64,000 nt of DNA, taken from NCBI GenBank assembly GCA_000092065.1, contig CP000588.1; one strand, given 5' to 3'. Positions 1-10,952 of this stretch are shown here, one piece after another. The position numbers and the translations under genes are program-made. Source of the stretch: Ostreococcus lucimarinus. Its lineage: Eukaryota. The notes beneath the pieces were generated by a model, which was not told where the DNA came from, ran no database searches, and saw only the letters and a list, made by a program, of their open reading frames with translations. Numbering within the stretch: the first letter of the stretch is position 1; the number at the start of each line of letters is the position of its first letter.

Positions 1-553
<553 letters not shown>

Positions 554-986
554 GCCCGCGGCGCCGTCGCACTGTCGCGCATGCACCGCTCGAGGCACTG
601 ACTCGCGGTGACGCGCCACCACTTTACGATGACTGCACGAACTTGTCATCACAATATGAACGTTTACTTTTCCCGCCCGATACGTCCGACCGTCGCGCCG
701 TCGCGTCGCCGGGGGCTCGGCGGGCGGCGCGCGAGCGGGTGATTGAACATCGTCGAGACGTATCGCGCCGCTCGCCCGCAACCCGTGTTACAGCATGATA
801 CGAAACACCGTCGGTTACGAAAAAGAAACGAGCACGACGGGCATGTACGCGATCCGCGCGCGTCGTTTTACGGTCCGGACACTATCATACGATCCTTTAC
901 ACACACTATCATACATTACAAGTGTTTTCGTCGCCCGCGGCGCGTTTTGTTCCCCGCGCGCCCGCGACGTGGACGCCGCCGCTCTG

Positions 987-2084
987 CTACAACTTTTCGC
1001 ACACGCGCAGCTTCGCGCTCCGACTTCGCACGTTGACGTCGATCTCGGCGCTCGTCGGCACTTTGGGCTTACGCGTGATCAATTTCACGATTTTCGGCGG
1101 CGCCTCGGGTTGAGGCATGTATCGATTCACCTCCTCGCTCGGCGGTTCCGCGCGTCCCGCGAAGTGGCGAAACCGCCTCTTCACGATGGAATCCTCCAAA
1201 CTGTGAAACGATATGATGGCTAAACGTCCGCCCGGTCGCAGCGCCTCGATCGCGGCCGGAATGACGTCTTCGACGGCGCCCAACTCATCGTTCACCGCGA
1301 TTCGTATGCCTTGAAACGTGCGCGTGGCGGGATGAATCGACCCCCACTTCCCCGGCACGTTGCCGATGGCGTCCACGAGCTCGCGCGTCGTCCTAATCTC
1401 CTTCTCCGCCCGTCTCTCGCATATCCGTCTCGCCAACAATCGCCAGTGTTTTTCCTCGCCGTATTCGCGCAAAATCCTACCGATCTCTTCCTCCGGCCAC
1501 GCGTTGACGATTTCCTCCGCCGTCGTCGTCGCGCTCTCCCCCATGCGCATGTCCAGCGGTCCATCGTTCATGAACGAAAACCCACGCTCGGCGCGATCGA
1601 GGTGCATCGAGCTCACCCCGAGATCTAACACGACGCTGTCCACCCCGTCGACGTCGAGCGCTCTGAGCGCCTCGCGCATCCGTCTAAAATTCGCCTCCAC
1701 CAGACTCAACCGCAGCGTCGTCGTCGCCTCGTCGCCTCGCGTCGCCGCCCTCGCCCGCTCCAGCCTCGGCCTCGCCAGCGCGTGCGCCGACGCGTCGACG
1801 TCGAACCCGACGAAGTGTTCCATCTCCTCGTGCGCCTCGATCATCGCTCGCGCGTGTCCACCCGCGCCCAGCGTCCCGTCCACGTGCGTTCGCGCGCGCA
1901 CGTCCCTGAACGCCTCCAGCACCTCGTCCATCATCACGCTCGCGTGCGGCGCCCCCTCGTCGCGCGTCGTCGTCGCGCGTCGTCGCGCCGTCGGTTTCGC
2001 CGCGCCGAAGCGGCGGCGCGCGAAATCATCGCGTCGCGCGGCGCGCGCCGACGCGCGCGCGACGCGCGCGCCGCGCGGAAGCAT
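987..2084 (-). CDS. RsmH/MraW-family 16S rRNA m4C methyltransferase, probably organelle-targeted
   Basis: The tail of the minus-strand ORF reads VDGTLGAGGHARAMIE..FVGFDVD..VLDLGVSSMHLD..RGFSFMNDGPLDMRM..LAIISFHSLEDSIVKRRF, which are RsmH signature blocks. An ATG at 2084-2082 gives an Arg/Ala-rich presequence of about 50 aa; an alternative ATG lies at 1934. The upstream ~700 codons of track ORF 987..4016 are Arg-rich antisense read-through of the WD40 gene and are not coding. Confidence 0.8.
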   Translation of the reverse strand: MLPRGARVARASARAARRDDFARRRFGAAKPTARRRATTTRDEGAPHASVMMDEVLEAFRDVRARTHVDGTLGAGGHARAMIEAHEEMEHFVGFDVDASAHALARPRLERARAATRGDEATTTLRLSLVEANFRRMREALRALDVDGVDSVVLDLGVSSMHLDRAERGFSFMNDGPLDMRMGESATTTAEEIVNAWPEEEIGRILREYGEEKHWRLLARRICERRAEKEIRTTRELVDAIGNVPGKWGSIHPATRTFQGIRIAVNDELGAVEDVIPAAIEALRPGGRLAIISFHSLEDSIVKRRFRHFAGRAEPPSEEVNRYMPQPEAPPKIVKLITRKPKVPTSAEIDVNVRSRSAKLRVCEKL

Positions 2085-2249
2085 CGAAATCGCGCGCGCG
2101 CGTCGTCCTCTCTCGACGCGTCCGCGACGCGTCGCCGCGATCGTCGCGTCGCGGTCGCGAGTGCGGCGTCGACGTCGACGGATGGCCGGCCGCCGCACTC
2201 CGCGTCGCCCGGCGACGCGCGACGATCGCGGCGACGCGTCGAACGAGCG

Positions 2250-3878
2250 ATGCCGAGACCGCGTCGCGACGCGGCGCGCGCGATCCTGCGCGACGTCGAC
2301 GCGAACGCGACGACGAGCGACGCGGCGAGGGACGATTCGAAAGCGCCGAGCGGCGACGCGATGAAGACCGAGGCGGTGACGCGCGACGACGACGACGCGC
2401 GCGCGAACGACGATGGATCGAACGATGGACTCACGGCGTTCGAACGCGCGCGAGAGGCGCACATCGCGCGGAATAAGGCGAGGATGGAGGCGTTGAACAT
2501 CAACGCGCTGAGCGCGGGCGTCGGCGCGGCGTCTCGCGGGAGCGCGGCGTCGTCGCGAGGGATCACGGGGAAGCGAAATCGGGATAAAGCGAGCGCGCCG
2601 AGCGTGCCGACGCGACGGTCGAGCCGGGCGAGGAAGATCGCGCCGGAGTTGGCGAGCGGGGTGGATCGAGAGCGGCGCGACGGGACGGTGGTGCTCGCGA
2701 ACGGGGCGACGTATCATCCGAGCGGCGAACTCACGGCGGCGCCGACGAGGACGCGACCGAGCGGTGAGGTGGCGATGCGGAGTGAAAACGGGAGCGAGAA
2801 GACGGACGCGGCGTTCATCGAGGAGTTGAAGACGAAGATGGGGGCGCACGTCGGCGAGACGAAGGAGGCGAAGGAGGCGACGGCGAGCGTGCGAGAGATG
2901 ATCAAGAATAAGCTCACGCTGCGCGACGTGGACGTCGCGAAGTGCGTGCCCAAGGGTGTGACGCACTTGGACTTTTCCCCCGACGAGTCCATGCTTCTCG
3001 TGGCGTCGGGAGATAAGGAGGGACACATCGGTTTGTGGCGCGTCGATAAGACGACGTCGGAGGAGGAGGACGAGGACGACGGGGTGTTGTACTATAAAGC
3101 CCACGGGTCGTACATCTCGCACTGCAAATGGGGCCGCGGCGCCTTGCGAGGGAAGCTCTTCACGTGCGCGTACGACGGCGCGGTTCGCGTCCTCGATCCG
3201 CAAACCGGTTCGTTTCAGGAAACCGTCTACTCCGAGGAGGACGAATTCTCGGCGTGCGACCAATTCGCCGACGGCAACACCGCATTGGTGTGCGATAACG
3301 TCGGTAACTTGCATCAACTGGATCTGCGCGTGGGTAAATTCACGTCCCCGAGCCTGTCGATTCACGAGAAGAAGATCAACACCGTGCACATCGATCCCGG
3401 CAACGAGCACCGATTCGCCACTTCCACGAATCAGCTCGTCAGCGTCTGGGACGCGCGAAAGTTGAAAAAGAACGCCAAGTCCACGCACGATCTGGTCCAT
3501 CGAAAATCGTCCCAAGCGGCGTATTGGTGTCCCGACGGCTCCGGCGCGCTCCTCACGACGTGTTACGACGACGCCCTCCGCGTCTGGCACCCCGACCGAT
3601 CCGCCGCCGCGCCCACCGCCACCATCAAGCACAACAATCAAACCGGTCGTTGGGTCCTTCCCTTCCGCGCCGTCTGGTCCGCCGCCGGCGACGGCGTCTT
3701 GTGCGGTTCCATGACGCGTCAAGTCGAAATTTTCAACCCCGCCACCGGCGCGTCGCTCGCGCGTTACGCCTCTCCCGACCACATGACCGCCATCGCCAGT
3801 CGTCTGGCGTGTCATCGCTCGCTCAATTACGTCGCCGCCGGCACCGCGAGCGGTCGCGTGCACGTGTACCGCGCGTGA
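2250..3878 (+). CDS. WD40-repeat protein (WDR76/CMR1-like candidate)
   Basis: The C-terminal 350 aa show WD-repeat signatures (VTHLDFSPDESMLLVASGDKEGHIGLWRV; CAYDGAVRVLD; QLVSVWDARK; DDALRVWHP; GRVHVYRA). An acidic/Arg-rich N-terminal region precedes them. In-frame ATG at 2250 (alternative 2361); stop at 3878. Confidence 0.65.
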   Translation: MPRPRRDAARAILRDVDANATTSDAARDDSKAPSGDAMKTEAVTRDDDDARANDDGSNDGLTAFERAREAHIARNKARMEALNINALSAGVGAASRGSAASSRGITGKRNRDKASAPSVPTRRSSRARKIAPELASGVDRERRDGTVVLANGATYHPSGELTAAPTRTRPSGEVAMRSENGSEKTDAAFIEELKTKMGAHVGETKEAKEATASVREMIKNKLTLRDVDVAKCVPKGVTHLDFSPDESMLLVASGDKEGHIGLWRVDKTTSEEEDEDDGVLYYKAHGSYISHCKWGRGALRGKLFTCAYDGAVRVLDPQTGSFQETVYSEEDEFSACDQFADGNTALVCDNVGNLHQLDLRVGKFTSPSLSIHEKKINTVHIDPGNEHRFATSTNQLVSVWDARKLKKNAKSTHDLVHRKSSQAAYWCPDGSGALLTTCYDDALRVWHPDRSAAAPTATIKHNNQTGRWVLPFRAVWSAAGDGVLCGSMTRQVEIFNPATGASLARYASPDHMTAIASRLACHRSLNYVAAGTASGRVHVYRA

Positions 3879-4027
3879 GCGACTCGACGCGCGCTTCGCG
3901 CCTTCATTTAATCCACCTTCGCACTGTTTGCCATAGAGGCCCCCGTCGCGCGCTTTTTTTCCATGCCAAACCTCCACGCCAAACCTCGCCGCGCCGCAGC
4001 GCGCGTCCCCGCACACGCGCGCGCGCG

Positions 4028-5188
4028 ATGCGCACCGCGCCGACGATCGCGTCCGCGTCCGCCGCCGTCGCGCCGACGCGCGCGGCGCGACGCGCGAGCG
4101 CGCGACGGGACGCGAACGCGCGCGCGACGGCGCGACGGCGCGACGCGACGAGTCGCGCGCGACGCGACGCGACGACGCGCGCGATGCCGCGCGCGCAGGG
4201 CCCGATGCGAGGGCAACACCCGGTCGCGCCGCACGGCCCGCGATTTCACGAGTACGGCGGGTTCGACATCGATCCCGAGCTGCAGCACAGTCGAGTGTCG
4301 TACCTGCGCGAACGCGTCGAGGCGGTGACGAAGGAGTTCCCGAACGCGATCGGCATGGACGATTTCCTGTTCCGAACGGAGGTGATGCTGCGACGATTCG
4401 GGTTCACGACGGATAATTCCATCGCGCTGACGAGCCTGTGTCGGGACGAGATCACGTTTCCGCTGAAGAACGCCATCGACGACATTTTCGGATATTCGAT
4501 GGATTTGGACGGGTTGGGAGGGATCATCTCCGCGGGGACCACGGGGTTGGGGGCGGGATTGAGTCACTCGCCCACCGATCACTTGACCGGGAAGGAGCGG
4601 TACGTGCTGTTCGCCATGCCGCACATCGCGATCGACGCGGAAGGGCGCGTGGGGAGCATCGTGCGCGCGGGGCGTCGGGGACAGTCGTGCGCGTGCGGGG
4701 CGCTCGTGAAGATGCAACCGATGTTCAAGCAGTACAAAGAGGGCACGCTGGAGATGGGTTTGGACGAGGGCGGACACGACCCGCTCGATCCGGAGTTCTC
4801 CATCCTCACCAGGCGCTTGATCACCGCGGTGAACAAGGATGAAATCCCTGACAAAGGCTTGCCCCTCTCCGACGTCACGCGTCTCGCCGACCGCGTCATC
4901 CGTCGCGATCTCGACAAGCTCATCGGCGAGACCGTGGACGTGACCAAATCTGATTACGCCGTCGTCACCGGGATCCAAATCCACAGCACCGCCGCGAACA
5001 ACCGCACGTGGCATCCAGCCTTAGAATTTATCTCGCCGACGTCGATGTACGTCGTCAAGGACGGCGTTCGTCACGACATGGACGTCCTCGCCATCGATCC
5101 ACCGACGCCGCGGCAGCTGTTCCACATCGCCGGCGGCGAAGAGATCGCGGAGCTTCCATCGCCGAGGCGCTCTTGGCCCGGGCTCTGA
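4028..5188 (+). CDS. LCIB/LCIC-like (beta-carbonic-anhydrase-fold) protein candidate with chloroplast-type presequence
   Basis: ATG at 4028 opens an Ala/Arg/Ser/Thr-rich presequence (MRTAPTIASASAAVAPTRAARR..). The mature part carries a Cys ..61 aa.. His ..22-24 aa.. Cys-x-Cys arrangement (SLCRDE ... FAMPHIAIDAEG ... GQSCACGAL). Its spacing resembles the Zn-ligand spacing reported for LCIB-family proteins. The family assignment is from memory only. Confidence 0.4.
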   Translation: MRTAPTIASASAAVAPTRAARRASARRDANARATARRRDATSRARRDATTRAMPRAQGPMRGQHPVAPHGPRFHEYGGFDIDPELQHSRVSYLRERVEAVTKEFPNAIGMDDFLFRTEVMLRRFGFTTDNSIALTSLCRDEITFPLKNAIDDIFGYSMDLDGLGGIISAGTTGLGAGLSHSPTDHLTGKERYVLFAMPHIAIDAEGRVGSIVRAGRRGQSCACGALVKMQPMFKQYKEGTLEMGLDEGGHDPLDPEFSILTRRLITAVNKDEIPDKGLPLSDVTRLADRVIRRDLDKLIGETVDVTKSDYAVVTGIQIHSTAANNRTWHPALEFISPTSMYVVKDGVRHDMDVLAIDPPTPRQLFHIAGGEEIAELPSPRRSWPGL

Positions 5189-5286
5189 CGCCGCGTTCGC
5201 CTTCGCGTCTCGCTCGTCCGCGTCGCGTCGTTTATCAATCCAATTCCTAACCGTAGCCTCTCCGCATCCGCACTCTCGCGCGCGCC

Positions 5287-5291
5287 ATGCG

Positions 5292-5325
<34 letters not shown>

Positions 5326-6630
5326 GCGTCGCCGTCGTCGTCGACGCCGACCGGCGCGAGCGCGCTGCACGAGCGCCACATCGGATCGACGCGAACGCTC
5401 GCGGCGAAGCGCTACGCCGGCATCGTCCCCGGCGGCGTCGCCACGCGCATCGGACGCGAGCGCGAGAGCGCGCGAGACCGCGCGCTGAACTCTCGCGCCG
5501 AGGCGCTGCGAAAAGCGCTGCGAAATCGGACGGAGACGGCGACCGAGGGCGGGGACGCGCGCGCGACGGCGCGGTTGTACGAATACGCGAGCGTGCTGCA
5601 GGAACAAGCCGAACGATGCGAGAACCGAGGCGACGACGGCGCGCTGCGCGAGGAATTAACGCTCCGGGCGTGCGAAGCGTACGGTAGGGCGGCGGAGATG
5701 GACGGAGAGCGACACGGGGTGCTGTATAACTGGGGCATCGCGTTGGGCGACCGCGCGGAGCGAGCGACGACGCGAGGCGACGGAGACGCGGCGAGGAAAC
5801 TGTGGGACGAGGCGATAGATAAGTACGAAAGAGCGTCGAGAACGACGGCGAGCGGGACGGTGTCGACGCAGCAGGCGACGCAAGGGTTGAATAATCTCGG
5901 TTTGGCGTATCAGAGTCGCGCGGCGTGCGTGGATTTCGAACGCGCGGCGAAGAGTTTGGAGGCGACGCAGAGGGCTCGAGAGGAGCGCGTGCGGTCGCTC
6001 AGCGCGGGTGTGCGCAAGTTTCGACGCGCGCTCAGACTCGATCCGAGTTTCGATCGCGCGGCGTATAATTTAGGCACCGCCGTGTACGCGCTGAGCGTCG
6101 AGTACGCGTCGATGGCGCGCTTGTACCCGCAAGACGCGTCGCTCGCACCGTTGTCCAAGGACTACGCCGTCGCCGCCGCCATTTACGTCGGCTTAGCGCT
6201 CGCCAACGAGCCGCACAACGACGTCTACGCCACCTCCCACGGCATCGTCAAGCACTTCGTCCCGTCGCCGCGCGTCTTCGACGAGCGCTTCCTCTTCGCC
6301 TCCGACGACGCCCCTCCCGACGACGTCCTCGACGTCCGTCTCGTCCTCGACGCCCACTCCCTCCGCGCGTATTCCGACGCCGATCCCTCCGTCCCCGTCC
6401 TGGACGTCCCCCTCGCCGCGATCGCGTCCTTCGAGCCCGTCGAGGACGCGTCGCTCGCGTCGGGCGTCGCCCGCGCCCTCCTCGGCGTCGTCGATCCCGA
6501 CGTCCCCCAGCGCCTCTTCGCGTGTCCCAATCCCCGCGTTCGCGACAGGGTCATCGACGCCGTCGTTCTCGCGCGAGATTTAGCGCGCCGCCGACGCGAG
6601 GCCGACGTTCGCGCCGCCTTCGCGTCGTGA
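5287..6630 (+). CDS. TPR-like repeat protein, function unknown
   Basis: ATG verified at 5287; starts with a (DA)n tract encoded by (gccgac)5. Repeated helical hairpin motifs YNWGIALGDRAE / LNNLGLAYQSRA / YNLGTAVYALS indicate TPR-like repeats. Confidence 0.5.
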
Positions 6631-6964
6631 GCCTTCGCGCGCCTGTCGGCGAGATCTTTCAATCGGTCAATCGTATGGCGTTTCAGTCTCGACTCGATTT
6701 TGTCGCAAAAAGTGCACTTTTTCGCCCATGCCATTCCGCGATCGTCGAGGACGCGTCCGTCGATCGTCGCGTCGTCACCGCGCGACGCGCGCTCGAGCGC
6801 GAGACGCGCGCGACCGAGCCCGCGCGCGCGCGACCGCGAGACCGCGAGGACGCGCGCGCGACGACGACGACGACGAGGGTCGGACGAGGGTCGCGCGGGG
6901 ACGCCGACGACGACGCGACGCGACGCGCGACGACGCACGCGACGCGACGGCGGACGCGCATACG

Positions 6965-7540
6965 ATGGTGTTTGGATTCGGGAAGCGCGCGAGCGCGCTG
7001 ACGGCGGCGATCGAGACGCGCGAGGCGAGCGCGAGCGCGAGGACGAGCGAGGACGGCGCGAGGGGGGGCGACGCGTCGGCGTCGGGACGCGCGAGGGACG
7101 CGTCGACGAGCGAGCGGTCCGGGAATTACGGAAGCTCGAGTCACGGCGGCCACGGACGGGAGATGATGTACGACGCCGACGAGGCGCGGACGTTCGGGCG
7201 ACAACACGGAAGCACGGAGGTTTTGAGCGCGCTGACGACGGAGGAGGCGCGGACGATTCCGGCGCGGGCGATCGCGGTGCACGCGGGGGAAAAGAGCGAG
7301 AGCTACGTGCGAGGCGAGGACGGGGAGCTTTACGAGATGATGGCGTGTGGGAGGACGCGGACGCGCGCGCACGCGCCGTCGTCGCCGAGAGCGGTGGTGA
7401 CGGTGCATAGCTCGGAGGTTAACGAAGACGCGGGGGCCATCGGCGCCGCGGGGCGGAGGTATCGAGGGTCGTTCAACTCTCTTCTCTTGCTCGAGGCGCA
7501 AGAGTTGAGCACCGGACGGGCATCCTCGGCGAGTGGGTGA
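6965..7540 (+). CDS. hypothetical protein (low-complexity N-terminus, more complex C-terminus)
   Basis: The most compositionally ordinary of five mutually overlapping ORFs in a GC-rich low-complexity stretch (6.2-7.5 kb). ATG verified at 6965 in the frame of track ORF 6728..7540. Confidence 0.25.
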   Translation: MVFGFGKRASALTAAIETREASASARTSEDGARGGDASASGRARDASTSERSGNYGSSSHGGHGREMMYDADEARTFGRQHGSTEVLSALTTEEARTIPARAIAVHAGEKSESYVRGEDGELYEMMACGRTRTRAHAPSSPRAVVTVHSSEVNEDAGAIGAAGRRYRGSFNSLLLLEAQELSTGRASSASG

Positions 7541-7766
7541 GCGGGTAATAACGCGTAATACATCGCGCGCGCGCGAGATCGGCGTCGACGCCGATTTCGC
7601 GCGGCGCGCACATTTTTGAACGAGTTGAGTATTCTTAGTATCCGCCTTTGGAATTTTTGTGATTCATGAAACGACGTGTATAACCATGACTAAAGGATCT
7701 TATGTGCGATCATTAACAACGTGTGCCAGCGCGATACGGGGGTGGCGTGCGATACGCGCGCGGCGC

Positions 7767-10700
7767 TCACTTGGCGACGAGCGCCTGCATTTGTTCGATG
7801 CGAGATCGAACGACGGCGAGTTGCTCTTGCAACTCGCTCAACTCCTTCTGCGCTTTTTCTACGACCGCCGCGGGGGCTTTGTCGACGAACGCGGGCGAGT
7901 TGACGCGATCAGCCAGCCCATCGATTTCCTTTTGCATCTTTGTCTCTTGCTTCGTGAGGCGGGCGATTTCTTTAACCGGATCCGCGAGACCCGCGAGCGG
8001 CAAGTACACCTCCAGGCTTTCGTTGACGATGATTTGAACGAAATTCTCCGGCGCGCTCGCGACTTCGGTGGGTGGCGCGCTCGCGACGGACGTTTGCTCG
8101 GCGTCTAAACGCGCGAGCGTGGCGATAAGATTCAACTCGGCGCTGTACGCCGCGTTCGCTTCGGCATCCGTCGCTACGATGACGGCGGGAATACGCTTCG
8201 CCGGCTCCACCGAGTACTCGGCGCGCGCGTTGCGAATACGCGTGACGATCGATTGTAAGTTTTCAAACGTCGACACTGCGGATTTGTCCACGTAAGCTTC
8301 AAGCGCGGGCCAGTCTTGGCCTATCAACGCCTCGCCGCGATGCGGAAGCGCTTGCCAAACTTCCTCCGTCACGTACGGCACGAATGGGTGGAGCAATCGA
8401 AGCGTTTGATCCAAAACGTACAGCGTCACCGCTTTGGTGACTCGCGCGGCGTCGGCATCGTCTCCGTACGTGCGACTTTTAGCGCCTTCAATGAACCAAT
8501 CGGCAAAGGAGTCGTAGAAGAACGTGTACGTCGATCTACCAGCCTCACCAAAGTCGTACTTGTCTTGCGCGGCGGTGACGTGATCCACCGTCGCGTTCAA
8601 TTTGCTCACGATCCAACGCTCGGCGAGCGGAAGCTCGGCAATTGACGCTTCATCGGCGCAAAGCGCAGCACCTTCGTCGACGAGCGCCATGCGCTCATCG
8701 TCTGTCATGTCCTCCATACTATACAGCACAAACTTACCGGCGTTCCAAATCTTGTTGGTGAAGTTTCTGTTCGACGCCAAACGTTCGAGGTTCAAGTTCA
8801 AGTCTTGACCGGGCGTGGTGCCGGTGGCGAGCGTGAATCGTAAAGCGTCGCAGCCTTGCTCAGCGATGACGCCTAACGGATCCACGACGTTACCAAGCGA
8901 TTTGCTCATTTTGCGACCTTGCGAATCGCGGACGAGGCCGTGGAGAAAGACAGTGTGGAAGGGTAATTTCCCCGTCATCCCGTACGACATCATGATCATA
9001 CGCGCCACCCAAAAGAATAAAATATCGTGCCCAGTCTCAAGCACGCTCGCCGGAAAGAAATTTTTCATGTCAGGAGCTTCTTCGTTGGGCCACCCACACG
9101 TGCTGAACGGCCACAGACCAGAAGAAAACCAAGTGTCGAGCACGTCTTCTTCACGGTACAACACGACGTTTTCGCCGTATTGCGCCTTCGCTTTTTCTGC
9201 GGCGTCGGCGTCATTTCGCGCCACTACGTATCGCTTATTCGTGCCTTTACCTTCCCCCTCTCTCGCACGCGCGAGATCTTCTTCAGAATCGTGCACGTAC
9301 CACACTGGGATTTGATGACCCCACCACAGCTGTCTCGAGATGCACCAATCTCGGATATCCGTCAACCAAGACTTGTAAATTTTCTCAAAACGCTGCGGGA
9401 TGATGGTGAGTTCGCCAGTCTCCACAGCCTTCAGCGAGGGCTCCGCCATGGTTTCCATCTTACAGAACCATTGCTCAGAAACAATTGGTTCGATGATTTC
9501 GCCACCCCGCTGCGAGCGAGGCACGCGGTTCGTATACGGCTCCGCCTTGATTGCTAAACCTTCCGCCTCCATATCCGCCCAGAGTTGCTTTCGGCAATCC
9601 GCGCGATCGATGCCGGCATACTTGCCGCAGTTAGAGTTCATGGAACCATCTTTGTTCATAATATTGATCAAATCCAAGCCCACACGCTTGCCGATTTCGT
9701 AATCATTCGGGTCGTGTCCCGGCGTGATCTTCAACGCCCCCGTGCCGAATTCCATGTCCACGTACGAGTCGCCGATGATGGGCACGGTGCGACCGTTGGT
9801 GAAGGGCACGACGCATCTCTTCCCGATCATGTGCTTGAAGCGATCGTCTTCTGGGTTGACCGCGACTGCAGTGTCACCAAGAATCGTTTCCGGACGCGTC
9901 GTTGCCACCGGAAGGTAGTCGTCCGCGCCGCCGCCCTCGACCGGGTACTTGAAAAAGTACAACGTCCCCGGCTCTTCGGTGTACTCGACCTCCAAGTCAC
10001 TCACCGCGGTTTGCAACTTCGGCGCCCAGTTCACCATGTAGGTTCCTTTATAAATGAGACCGCGATCGTGCAGCGTGATGAATGCCTCGAGCACGCTCTC
10101 AGATAACCCCTCGTCGAGCGTAAATCTCTCGCGAGACCAATCGCAAGACGCCCCCAACCTCTTAATCTGCTGCTGAATCCGTCCCCCATACTCGGCCTTC
10201 CACTCCCACACTCGCTCCACGAACTCATCGCGCGTCATATCCGTTCGTTTCACTCCCTCGCTCTCTAACTTTCTCTCCACGACCAATTGCGTGGCGATGC
10301 CCGCGTGGTCCGTCCCCGGCAGCCACAGCGTCTTGCGACCACGCATTCGCGCGCTTCGAGTCATCACGTCCTGCAGCGTCACGAACATCGCGTGTCCCAT
10401 GTGCAGCGCTCCCGTGACATTCGGTGGCGGCATCGGGATCACGAACGGCGGTCCCGTGGCCGTCTCATCGTTCGGGGCAAAGTATCCGCGCGACTCCCAC
10501 CACTCGTACAGGTTTTCCTCCACGTTTTGGTGCTCAAAGTTCTTCGGCAGGTCTCCGTGTCGTTTTCCGGGCTTGGGCATAGTTTTCATCGTCGCGCACG
10601 ACGGATACGACGTCGTCGCGCGCGTTCGCACCGCGATTCGCGCCCCGCACGTCCGCGCAGACGGTATCGTCGGCGCATTTCTGTCCGTCACTGGGGTGGC

Positions 10701-10817
10701 CAGTGCGAGCTTTCTATTCGACGCCGCGCTCGCGAGCACGCGTCCGTACGCGTGAGGACACGCGCGTGGGTGCCTTGCGAGCGTGACGCGCGCGAGCGTG
10801 CGAAGGCCGCTCGCCAT
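7767..10817 (-). CDS. valyl-tRNA synthetase, bacterial/organellar type with N-terminal presequence
   Basis: Class-I aaRS HIGH motif as HMGH (PNVTGALHMGHAMF), KMSKS motif (GRKMSKSLGNVVDP) and ValRS editing/anticodon blocks. C-terminal coiled coil (..LSELQEQLAVVRSRIEQMQALVAK) is typical of bacterial-type ValRS. ATG verified at 10817 gives a ~75-aa presequence (MASGLRTLARVTLARHPRA..); alternative start MKTMPKPGK at 10589. Confidence 0.9.
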   Translation of the reverse strand: MASGLRTLARVTLARHPRACPHAYGRVLASAASNRKLALATPVTDRNAPTIPSARTCGARIAVRTRATTSYPSCATMKTMPKPGKRHGDLPKNFEHQNVEENLYEWWESRGYFAPNDETATGPPFVIPMPPPNVTGALHMGHAMFVTLQDVMTRSARMRGRKTLWLPGTDHAGIATQLVVERKLESEGVKRTDMTRDEFVERVWEWKAEYGGRIQQQIKRLGASCDWSRERFTLDEGLSESVLEAFITLHDRGLIYKGTYMVNWAPKLQTAVSDLEVEYTEEPGTLYFFKYPVEGGGADDYLPVATTRPETILGDTAVAVNPEDDRFKHMIGKRCVVPFTNGRTVPIIGDSYVDMEFGTGALKITPGHDPNDYEIGKRVGLDLINIMNKDGSMNSNCGKYAGIDRADCRKQLWADMEAEGLAIKAEPYTNRVPRSQRGGEIIEPIVSEQWFCKMETMAEPSLKAVETGELTIIPQRFEKIYKSWLTDIRDWCISRQLWWGHQIPVWYVHDSEEDLARAREGEGKGTNKRYVVARNDADAAEKAKAQYGENVVLYREEDVLDTWFSSGLWPFSTCGWPNEEAPDMKNFFPASVLETGHDILFFWVARMIMMSYGMTGKLPFHTVFLHGLVRDSQGRKMSKSLGNVVDPLGVIAEQGCDALRFTLATGTTPGQDLNLNLERLASNRNFTNKIWNAGKFVLYSMEDMTDDERMALVDEGAALCADEASIAELPLAERWIVSKLNATVDHVTAAQDKYDFGEAGRSTYTFFYDSFADWFIEGAKSRTYGDDADAARVTKAVTLYVLDQTLRLLHPFVPYVTEEVWQALPHRGEALIGQDWPALEAYVDKSAVSTFENLQSIVTRIRNARAEYSVEPAKRIPAVIVATDAEANAAYSAELNLIATLARLDAEQTSVASAPPTEVASAPENFVQIIVNESLEVYLPLAGLADPVKEIARLTKQETKMQKEIDGLADRVNSPAFVDKAPAAVVEKAQKELSELQEQLAVVRSRIEQMQALVAK

Positions 10818-10952
10818 GACGACGAGGACGCGCGCCGGTGTGTGGGGGACGCCGACGCGGGCGGGACTGAGGTTTTCGGAGCGTTCGGCGAGCGTCTGAT
10901 GAAATGTCGGTGAATGAATCATCGCAAAGGGTAAAAGTACTCGGTGACTCTT

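Noticed and set aside
2085-4016. Upstream ~640 codons of the 1009-aa minus-strand track ORF 987..4016
   Set aside because: Only the last ~365 codons are RsmH. The rest is Arg/Ala-rich read-through with no stop (GC-rich antisense of the WD40 gene), has no recognisable domain and overlaps a well-supported plus-strand gene.
3908-5014. 368-aa minus-strand ORF antisense to the LCIB-like gene
   Set aside because: Arg/Pro/His-rich low-complexity translation that is the mirror of a plus-strand gene with a clear presequence and metal-site motif. This is typical GC-rich antisense ORF noise.
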